Origin: a bacterium
GTDB taxonomy: Bacteria > SAR324 > NAC60-12
Direction: 5' to 3'
DNA length: 13,568 nucleotides
Assembly: GCA_965233585.1 (NCBI GenBank)
Contig: CBDDTI010000208.1
Location: 1-13,568 of the forward strand
The notes under the pieces were generated by a model. It saw only the letters and a list, made by a program, of their open reading frames with translations. It did not search any database and was not told the origin of the DNA. Shown piece by piece: positions 1-9,100 of this stretch. Position numbers and translations under genes: made by a program. Every line of letters begins with the position of its first letter. The stretch's first letter is position 1.

Positions 1-9
1 CTGAAGTTT

Positions 10-480
10 CAGAGCCTGGAGGCTTTACCTACATTCAGGATAGTTAGGATAATTAGCCTTCCAAAGGCTCTTCGGACTGCTAGTTATCTTTATTTTCTTA
101 ATTAATTAGAATAATTCGGATAGGTAGCTTTCGAAGGCTCTTCGGAAGGCTAATTATCCTGATTATCCCAGCTAATAAATTAATAAGATACTTCAGATAA
201 TTATCAATTATCAAACCAAGAGGTGTGGAGCCCGTGGGCTTTAGCAATAATTTCAACTCAATAAGGAGAATTAGCTTTCCAAAAGGGTATCTGGATTGCT
301 AATGTTCCTAATTATCTTCATTGATTAGGAGAACTAGAATAGTTGGGAACCGAAAGGTCTGGAGCCTGGGATGTTACCAATAATTAAGATAGTGTGGACA
401 ATTAGCCTTCCAAAAGGTTTCCCGGAATGCTGATCCCCAGAATTTTGGTAAGTGTCCTAACAATACTGAGGATAATTAGT
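10..480. repeat. Degenerate array of ~43-bp imperfect hairpin units (aggataattagccttcc...ggaaggctaattatcct-like)
   Basis: Related units at ~46-90, 118-160, 264-309 and 396-440. The reverse complement of 118-160 matches the start of the 46-90 unit. A second motif, (g/a)gagcc..gg..tta(c/g)c, recurs at ~10, ~225 and ~360. Confidence 0.7.
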
Positions 481-727
481 GACACAATCTGTTTTTGAGG
501 CAACTAGTGCACACACATATGTACTTGTGAAGCTGTTTTTTTTTACTTCAGTTTGTTTTTTTTGCGAAAACAGTTGCATATGGTTACTTTACTTGAGAGA
601 GTTTACCTGAGATCTATGGCTATATAAATTTGTATTTACAACATTTGCTTGAGAGACCCTACGCAATGTAGTTTCGATAGCGTCAGCTAATTAACGGTTA
701 GTTCGTGGGATTGTTGGTGTCAACAAC

Positions 728-781
728 GATGTGGGAAAATACGATGGCCGGACGTGCTTGGCCATCGTATTTTCCCACATC
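728..781. repeat. Perfect 22-bp inverted repeat with 10-nt loop
   Basis: gatgtgggaaaatacgatggcc (728-749), loop ggacgtgctt, ggccatcgtattttcccacatc (760-781); the arms are exact reverse complements. Confidence 0.95.
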
Positions 782-1039
782 AACTTGCGGGTGAAACCCA
801 CTTACATGTGAAACCCAAACTTCTCAAAACATATATACAATACATAAGTAATCTCACAAATCTACAACTGCAGATGCAACGCAAAGGTTTTCGGAAAGAC
901 TGCATCATAAGGATCCTTATTATGCAAATGAAGCGGTAGGTAATATATATATATATGTGTACATATGCATATATGATTATATAGTAGCAAATAATAGGTG
1001 AATAATAAAACAAAAGGTGTGTAAATGGGAGGGTTTATT

Positions 1040-1845
1040 TTAATTGTTTTTGATTAATTCTGAAAGGCCCCAGGCCCAAACTCTCGTTGAACTCACCGAG
1101 GAACTGCTGACAGGGGGGTAAAGAGGTTTGGTGGGTGGTGTGTGTGTGTGTGCAGGTGGGGTTCTTACTATTTCTTGAGTCTATATCATATTTATTTATC
1201 AAATATATGTCAGGAAAATATCTATCAAATAAATGTCATAAATATATGTATGTCTTGAAAAAGGATGGAAGGCCTGAAAGTGCGAAGCACTGAAAAAATG
1301 TACACATATATATATATATGAATGAATCTTGTTTGATTAATTGTGAACTTGCTAATCCATCGACCCCCATCGGGGGTGTGCATCAGCGCTTCTTGTCACC
1401 TGACATCCTGACAACAGGGGGGTGCATAAAGAAAAAATATATGACACATTGTTGGGAGTGTCCCCATAAGAAAAGGGTATGAAATATTTTTGGGAGTGTT
1501 CCCATAAGATGAGGATGTGTAAATGGGACTATGTCTACAATAATGGGAGTATAATGGGGTTAGTTATGATTAAATGGGGATCACTTAACATTATATATAT
1601 ATATAAATGGTGGTTAGTTATGATTAAATGGTGTTTTTGCTTACTGTACCGCCTGCATATATATATATACATTTATTTACCCAAGATATTATGGATGATT
1701 ATGCTTATGCTCCTTAAATAATTTTATGCGAGGATGTGTATATTATGTATCGCTGACCTCGCCGAGCTGCTTGAAGATAAGAACGCTCATCCATCATCTT
1801 CCCTTTTTTCCGGGGTCGGCGGCGGGGGCAGCAGCCCTTATATGT
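1040..1845. mobile_element. Putative decayed non-autonomous element with internal short direct duplications and a GC-rich terminus
   Basis: Paired direct copies: ttgattaatt(c/g)tgaa (~1050, ~1333), ctgac(aac)aggggggt (~1106, ~1409), ttgggagtgt(c/t)cccataaga (~1452, ~1490) and ggttagttatgattaaatgg (~1558, ~1611). The block ends in ggggtcggcggcgggggcagcagccct (1812-1838) followed by tatat. Boundaries and class are inferred. Confidence 0.35.
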
Positions 1846-1959
1846 AAACACATGTTCCATGTCTGATTTGACCTTTTCCATTTTTGATTTGTTTAGTTTG
1901 ATCTGGTTTTACCTGCCTGTATGCACACAACCTCGCAAGTCTGAAGACTCCCCAAAAGC

Positions 1960-2075
1960 TCTGGTTAGGCTAATTCCTGCCTATTAGGTTATTTTAGTTT
2001 TTAAGGTTAAATTCGATCTATTAGGTTCTGTCTTTTAGGTTATTTGCTTTTTGCCTAAATAGTGTATTTAACCTA
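1960..2075 (+). repeat. Subterminal short repeats (tattaggtt-like) of the palindrome left end
   Basis: tattaggtta (~1983), taaggtta (~2002), tattaggtt (~2019), tttaggtta (~2034); mirrored by taacct(a) copies at ~5890-6050. Confidence 0.6.
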
Positions 2076-2415
2076 AAAACTGTCTTGTTTGAGACTTGGT
2101 TTTTCTTTCACTAAACTATATTTTCAACAGTTTAAACTAAAGACACAGTCTTTTTCCATATTTGTTTCCTTTGGGATTTTTGAATTACATGTTCTTTTTG
2201 GCAAATAGTTTTTCAAATGTTTCTTCGTTATTTTGTGAGTGATGTATGTCGTTTTCTTTTCATATATGCCGATCTGAAGTGATTTTTTGTGCTAAAGTGA
2301 AGCCTTTTGTGCTAAAGTAAGTCGATAAATTTCAGTCGGATATGTTTTAGATGGGGCAAGCCAACACAGCATGGAAGCAACAAAAACACATATCCAAAAC
2401 AATATATGGGCAAAT

Positions 2416-2501
2416 GGGTGTCTCAAAATGAGGTGTCCTTTTTTGACCCCAAAACGGTTACTTTAAAAGGGAAAAAAGGTCACCTCATTTTCAGACATAC
2501 C
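2416..2501. mobile_element. ~86-bp mini inverted-repeat element (MITE-like) nested in the left arm
   Basis: gtgtctcaaaatgaggtgtcctttttt (2418-2444) pairs with aaaaaaggtcacctcattttcagacat (2472-2498), 3 mismatches in 27. Confidence 0.7.
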
Positions 2502-2759
2502 TAAGCAAGAAAAAAAACATATTTTGCAACAATGGCAATGGATAGTTTTTGGGAGCGCCAAGCCAGCACAGGATGAAAAACCAAAAACAAGAAGAAAAAT
2601 GAAACCAACAAATGCAAAAACAACAGCACAAAGTAATAAATCAAAAAATGTGAAAACAATTGTCCGAAACCGAACTTGTCAGCTGCATCGTTTATGAAAC
2701 TCAGAGGAGTTCACGTGAATCCGCGGGTGCTCATTGCTCATGGGTGTTCATGTGTGTTT

Positions 2760-2918
2760 TTCATTTTTTTCGGCTGCCACCCATTTAGCTTACTCAGTGG
2801 GTTTCCGTGCTCAAAAAGAAAAATCAAAGTAAGTTTTCGTGAGGTTCGCGCGCGATTTTTGGGTATAAAATGGCTGCCCCCCGGCGCGCGAACCCAACCA
2901 AGAAAACAAGTTTAGACA
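2760..2918. other. ~160-bp segment present only in the left arm, with a GC-rich hairpin
   Basis: The right-arm counterpart (~5070-5116) joins the two flanks directly. Contains ggttcgcgcgc (2843-2853) / gcgcgcgaacc (2884-2894), a perfect 11-bp inverted repeat. Confidence 0.6.
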
Positions 2919-3769
2919 CTTGCTGATTTGGTTGGTGGTTTTGTCTCATGCGCTGCTATTTGGCTGCAATACCTTTGTCTTGGTGACCAGATGGCCTGAG
3001 TTCTTGGTCAGCTTGGACTCGATTGTTATTTTTAAGATAAATTTGGGGCTAGAGAACCCCAAATCATTGGCAAACCCTGGCCTTGAAGGGCATTTTTTGA
3101 AATCAACTTGAACGTTGGCCAGTAACACATTCATAAACAAAAGCTGTCAAGACTGGAAGGTTTTTCACTTGTAAGAAAGTAGTGGCAAGCACAAAATGTT
3201 TGAAGAATTGCTTGGTGAGGATTGGTTGTATTCAAGTTGTTTTTGCAAAAACTAAACGGAGCAATCCAGCCAAGACTTGATCAATCACTAAGGGGGTCTC
3301 CATCCCTCAAACCTTTTTACATCAAAACACCTGCCCAAAGATTTGCAATCACCTGGGGCTCTCCATCCTTGGCCTTTCTCCCCATTGAAAAAAACCAACG
3401 AAACCACCAAACAATGCAAATGACTTGAGGTGATCAGCATTCATGTCTTTGAGGCAAGTAAACCCAGAATATACCCAAAATAAAGAGAAGGGTTGTCAAT
3501 CCCAGAGCCCATCCATTACTACGTTTTTTTCTCAAACCTATTTGCAACAAATGCAATCCAACCCAGAGGTAATCAATCACTTGGGCCTTCACATGCCAAT
3601 CCATTTCCTGAAAACTAACCCACTTGTTTTGCAGTGACTTGGGGCCCTCCAGTCATCAAATTCATTCACATGTGCATGGGAAAATTTCTCCCAGAAAGTG
3701 TATGGTTGAAGATTTGTTGATGGAAAAAAGTGATTGACCAAACATGTTTTTGACAAAAAACATTTAAAG

Positions 3770-3895
3770 AAAACAAGATTTGTTTAAATAAAATCAAGAT
3801 TTTTGCTGAATAAACATCATTTGTTTGACTAAAAACCAAGATTTTTTGGAACAACACCAATATTTTTTTGAAAAAATCCAATATTTTTTGAAGAT
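3770..3895 (+). repeat. Six degenerate 21-bp A/T-tract repeats (aaatcaagatttttt...)
   Basis: caag/caat cores at 3774, 3795, ~3815 (degenerate), 3837, 3858 and 3879; mirrored at ~4165-4290. Confidence 0.75.
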
Positions 3896-3910
3896 GTTCG
3901 AGGAAATGAG

Positions 3911-4147
3911 GTGCAAATTTGATGTAAGTTTGCATCAAAATTACACTTTTGAGGTGTAAGTTTACATCAACCTTACACTGAGAAGTGTAGGTTTGCACTT
4001 GTATGTGTAAGTTTGATGTAAACTTACACTTGTGATATGTAAGTTTGGTGTAAACTTACACTCTTGATGTGTAAGTTTAGTGCAAGTTTGATGTAAATTT
4101 ACACCTCAAAAGTGTAAGTTTGATGCAAACTTACATCAAACTTACAC
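3911..4147. repeat. Axis array of 25-bp palindromic sites gtgtaagttt-N5-aaacttacac with 32-bp period
   Basis: Full units at 3922-3946, 3954-3978, 4005-4029 (perfect arms), 4037-4061, 4080-4104 and 4112-4136; partial units at 3911, 3985, 4069 and 4138. Confidence 0.9.
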
Positions 4148-4164
4148 CTCATTTCCTTGAAAAC

Positions 4165-4290
4165 CTTCAAGAAATCTTGGATTTATTCACAAAAATCTTG
4201 GTTTTATTCAAAAAACTTGGTTTTTAGTTAAAAAACATTTTTATTTAAAAAAATGATTTTATTCAAAAAATCATTTTTTTTTAAAGCATG
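4165..4290 (-). repeat. Mirror copy of the ~21-bp A/T-tract repeats
   Basis: aatcttggatttattc / aatcttggttttattc / aacttggtttttagt with cttgg cores at 4176, 4197 and 4216; more decayed further out. Confidence 0.65.
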
Positions 4291-5103
4291 TATTTGTTCA
4301 AAAAAAAATGATCAGTCACTTTTTCCATGAAAAAAAATCAACCACACACATTCTCGGAGAGATTTTCCCATGCAGATGTGAATGAATTTGATGACTGGAG
4401 GGCCCCAAGTCATTGCAAAACATTTGGATTAATTTTTAGGAAATGGATTGGCATGGAAATGCCCAAGTGATTGATTAACTCTGGATTGGATTGCATTTTC
4501 TTGAAAATAGGTTTGAAGACGAAAAAAACACGTAGTAATGGATGGGCTCTGGGATTGACAACCTTTTTCCTTCTTTTTGTAAACATGCACCTGAAAACTG
4601 CAAAACCCAAAATTTAAACGCAGCTTCCAGGTTTAACTGCATAGAAAATATGGATGCTGAACACCCCAAGTCATTGTTTTTTTTAGTCGCATTTTTCTTT
4701 GGCATAAATGTCAAGGATGGAGAGCCCCAGGTTATTGTTAATCTTTGTGTTGGTTTTATAATATCGAGGGCTGGAGGCCCTTTAGTGATTGATCAAGTCT
4801 GGGCTGGATTGGCCGTTTAGTTTTTGCAAAAAAAACTTGAATACAACTAATCCTCACCAGGACTTTCTTCAATTTTTTTGCCGACCACTGCTTTTGACAA
4901 ATGAAAGGCCATCCAGTCTTGACAGTTTGTCTTTATAAAACTATTGCTGCCCGAACTGATTTCAAAAAAGGCCCCTTCAAACCCTTGGATTGCCGACAAT
5001 TCAAGAAAGAAATCAGCCCAGGGCTGGGACCTCCATCTCAAGTTCATTCTTTTAAGTTCAAAGAAAGTGGATGGAAGCAAAACAAAACGACAAACAAGCA
5101 AAA

Positions 5104-5204
5104 ACACATGAACACCCATACACACGCATGAACAACCATGAACATCCATGGACGCCCATGAGCACTCGAGCGCGCATGAGCACCCATGAACTCACATGAA
5201 CTCG
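5104..5204 (+). repeat. 10-bp minisatellite (catgaacacc-like), ~10 copies
   Basis: cacatgaaca cccatacaca cgcatgaaca accatgaaca tccatggacg cccatgagca ... catgagcacc catgaactca catgaactcg. A shorter inverted counterpart lies at ~2706-2758. Confidence 0.8.
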
Positions 5205-5434
5205 TGTTTTTCCAAATACAATGCAGCTGGCAAATTACTTGTTGAACCATCTGTCTCACAGTTTTTGAGTTCTTATTTTGGGTTGTTGGCTATGAGAGTT
5301 TTTGATTTGATTGTTTTTTCTTGAACTGAACATTATTTCTATTTTTATGTTTTATGTTTTTTTTGTTTTGTCCTGTGGTGGCTTCGCGCCCCAAAAAAAT
5401 CCTTGCCGATTTTTGCAAAACATGATTTTTGATT

Positions 5435-5672
5435 AATATATATGTATATAGTCATTTATTTATTTATTCAAATATATATATATATGTGTGTAATGTTATG
5501 TATTTATATATACAGTACAAGTATATATATATATATACGTGTGTTTGTGTGTGTGTGTGGGGGGGGGCTGCCTCAAAATGAGGTGTCCTTTTTTCCTCTC
5601 AAAGAACCCTTTTTGGAACCAAAAAAGGACAGACATATCCATGTATATACAATATATATATATATACATATT
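5435..5672. repeat. (TA)n/(GT)n microsatellite tracts flanking a truncated mirror copy of the 2416-2501 mini-element (~5566-5640)
   Basis: TA runs at 5436-5537 and 5652-5670, GT run at 5539-5559. ctcaaaatgaggtgtccttttttcc...aaaaaaggaca matches the reverse complement of 2416-2501. Confidence 0.8.
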
Positions 5673-6199
5673 TTTTGACAGGTGTTTTTTTAAATCCTGT
5701 GTTGGTTTGTCCCATCCAAAATATATGTTTTCTGGTGTTCTTTTGTATGTAGTTTTTCAGCATCATTTTATCGGAAAAATTGTATCAAACCAAAAAGTGG
5801 TTCATTGGAGATTACAAAATAGATAGATATATTTATATATAGAGAAAACGAAGTTGATCCAAAAAAAGGTACCAAAACAGGTTATTCATATAAATAACCT
5901 ATAAGAAAAAACATATTCATATAAATAACCTAAAGAAAAAAGGTTATTTGATCATTCTGACTATTAGGTAAAACAGTTGTTTTACCTAATATATAGGTAA
6001 AAACAAAATTTAACTAATAGTCAGAAAACCAGATATAACCTAATAAATAGAATTTAGCCTAACCAGAGCTTTTGGGTCATTTCAATTGCATATGCATGAA
6101 CGAAAAACATGCAATTTTCTGTCTGCTAGAAGGTCCATATGTATGGACCACAACGGCCCAAAATCCATACGCATTTTTTCTAGTGGCAAGAAACCGATT

Positions 6200-9100
6200 A
6201 TACTAACACGCGAAGACAAGAAGAGAAATGCAAAGAAAAGGCAACAGTTGACCAAAGCTGGCCAAACCTGCCCTGAAGAACACAGTTTTTCAATGCGGCA
6301 ACAGCACTCAGGTACTTACAAGACAAAAGTAAAGAGGCGTAGGCAGGCATGGAGTTGAAGAATGGTTTTTGGCTTAGCCTTGTCTAGATAGCCCATCCTT
6401 CTACCACCAAGCCAAGGAGATGGTCTGTGGATTACAGTAAGATGCAGAGGACAGGATATTTTTTCAAAGATTTGCTTCACTGTCCCTAGAGGTGGCAATG
6501 TGCCCAGTCCCAGAAAGAGCACACGAAGACAAGACAAGGAATGCTAAGACAAGACAGCAAGTGAGAGAACCTGGCCCAGCCTTTTCTAAAGACAACCATG
6601 CCAGTGCAGCAAGTAAAACAGACAACAAAAAATGAGACGGGGAGCAAAGACATTTTGTCGGCCCATATCGGCCCAAATCGGCCCAAAATTTGTCTAGTGA
6701 GCTAACCTTTCCACCTGAGCAGCAATTAAAAAAAGAACCTGACAAAAGACGCAAAGGATAGAAGATGGTTTCAACCAGCCCTTGCCCCACAACCAAAGCT
6801 ATTTCATGTCAAGAGGAATTAAATAGCCCCCCTGTCCATCCCAGAAGCAATGAGCAAATACAAGAAAAGGAAAGCAAACGAAATACAACAGTTGAGAGAA
6901 GCTGGCCCGCCTCACCTCAAGAGCCCTTCCACTGCAGCAACAGCAACTAGATACAAGACAAGGAATGTAAACGCCAAAGAGTGATAATTGATTATCATCT
7001 TAAATTTGTTTAGAGAGAAACCCTTCCACCCCAGAAACAAGAAGGAGATACAACACACATCAACACACAAGAGGTACAACAGAGGGGAAGTTGTTTCAAG
7101 AAAACTTTGCCCAATCATCTTGGCTACGTAGAAGAAGCGTTGCCTCATACTGTAGTCCCTAAAAGAGCAGCCTGTCCACCCCAGAAACAACAAACAACCA
7201 CAAGAAGACGACTGCAAAGCAAAGGCGGCAGTTGAGAAGGTGGCCCAGCAACAGCAAGACCGTAGATAATTACAAGGCAAGAATGTACACAATAAAGAAG
7301 GAAGTGATAATTGAATATCGGCCAAATTCTTTGGAGAGCAACCTGTCCACTCCGGAAACAAGAAGCAGATACAACACACAAGAAGTGCAAAATACGGGAA
7401 GTTGTTTCAAGGAACCTTTGCCCATCGTCTAGGCTACTTGGAAGAAGCGTTGCCTCATACTGTAGTCCCTAAAAGAGCAGCCTGTCCACCCCAGAAACAA
7501 CAAACAACCACAAGAAGACGACTGCAAAGCAAAGGCAGCAGTTGAGAATCTGGCCCAGCAACAGCAAGTAGATAATGACAAGACATCAAATGTAAACGTG
7601 AAAGAAGAAGGTGATAGTTGATTATCGGCCAAAGCTTGTTTAGAGAGAAACCGTTCCAGCCCAGAAACAAAAAGGAGTAACGATACACAAGAGGTGCAAG
7701 GTTGTTTCAAGAAACTTTTGCCCCTTCATCTAGAGTTGCCCCTAAAGAGGCAACCTGTCAACCCCAGCAACAACAAACAAGTACAAGAGAAGGAATGCAA
7801 AGGAAAGACGACACAGCTGAGAGAAGCTGACCCCATCCCTTCGAAAGCCCTTTCACGCCAGCAACAGTAACAACAAACAAGACAAGAAAGGTTTAAGTGA
7901 AAACCTCAAAGAGCAACCTGTCCACCCCAGAAACAGCAAACAACCACAATAAAAGAAATACAAGGCAAAGAGAACAGTTGAGAAGCTGGCCCAGCAAGAG
8001 CAAGTAGATAATCACAAGACATCAAATGCAAACGTAAAAGAAGGAAGTGACAATTGATAATCGGCCAAAGCATGTTTAGAGAGAAACTTTTCTACCCAGC
8101 AACAATAAGGAGATACAATAGACAAGAGGTGCAAAAGAGGGAACGTTGTTTCAAGTAATCTTTTCCCCATGGTCTAGAGCGTGGCTAGGTCAAAGAAGTT
8201 TTGCCTCATGGCCCGTAACGACGGCAACCTGTCCACCCCCAGCAACAACAAGCCAGGACATGAAAAGGAATGCAAAGGAAAGACGGCACAGTTGAGAGAA
8301 GCTGGCCCCTTTCAAAAGAATTTCCACCCCAGCAACAGCAACTGGAAACAAGACAAGAAACATAAAAGAGAAAAAAGGAAATTGGAGTACTGATTCTCGG
8401 CCGAACCTTGCGCAGAGAGCAAACCCTTCCAGCCCAGTAATTGAAAGGAACTATATACAATTCTTTGACAATTCCCGAAAAAATACAAAAATGACGGTAA
8501 GTTTTTTTGAAGTAACTTTTGCCCCATCATCTAGGCTACTTGGAAGAAGCGTTGCCTCATACTGTAGTCCCAAAAAGAGCAGCCAGTCCACCCCAGAAAC
8601 AACAAACAAGGACAAACAACCACAAGAAGAGGACTGCAAAGCAAAGGCAGCAGTTGAGAAGGTGGCGTAGCAACAGCAAGTAGATAGTCACAAGACATCA
8701 AATGTAAACGTGGAAGAAGAAGGTGATAGTTGATTATCGGCCAAAGCATGTTTAGAGAGAAACCGTTCCACCGCAGAAACAAGAAGGATTAACGATACAC
8801 AAGAGGTGCAATAGAGGGGGTTGTTTCAAGTAACCTTTGCCCCATCATCTAGAGTTGTCCCTAAAGACGGCAACCTGTCAACCCCCACAACAACAAACAA
8901 GTACAAGAGGAGGAATGAAAAGGAAAGACGACACAGCTGAGAGAAGCTGACCCCATCCCCTTCGAAAGCCCTTTCACACCAGCAACAGTAACAACAAACA
9001 AGACAAGAAAGGTGGAAGTGAAAACCTCAAAGAGCAACCTGTCCACCCCAGAAACAGCAAAGAACCACAATAAAAGAAATACAAGGCAAAGAGAACAGTT

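Larger units (their letters stand above)
1951..6076. mobile_element. ~4.1-kb degenerate palindrome (foldback-like element or old inverted duplication), axis ~4030
   Basis: Outer ends cccaaaagctctggttaggctaa (1951-) and ttagcctaaccagagcttttggg (-6076). Mirrored blocks include 3491-3524 / 4530-4563 (34 bp exact), 3635-3671 / 4376-4412 (37 bp exact), 3226-3295 / 4777-4846, 3900-3979 / 4079-4158 and 2416-2501 / ~5566-5640. The palindrome is seen directly; mobility is inferred. No transposase ORF or TSD seen. Confidence 0.85.

Noticed and set aside
3911..4147. Mini-CRISPR reading of the 25-bp palindromic units
   Set aside because: Linkers are only ~7 bp and the unit orientation flips mid-array.
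754..5826. Short ORFs in the left half (61-110 aa)
   Set aside because: Low-complexity translations of microsatellites and palindrome arms, with no recognisable domain or codon bias.
1951..6076. Palindrome as a sequencing or amplification fold-back artefact
   Set aside because: The arms differ by many substitutions, an arm-specific 160-bp segment and different microsatellite expansions; artefactual fold-backs would be near-identical.
1935..6095. Target-site duplication flanking the palindrome
   Set aside because: The flanks (…gaagactc and tcatttca…) share at most tc, and symmetry may extend weakly further out, so no TSD can be called.
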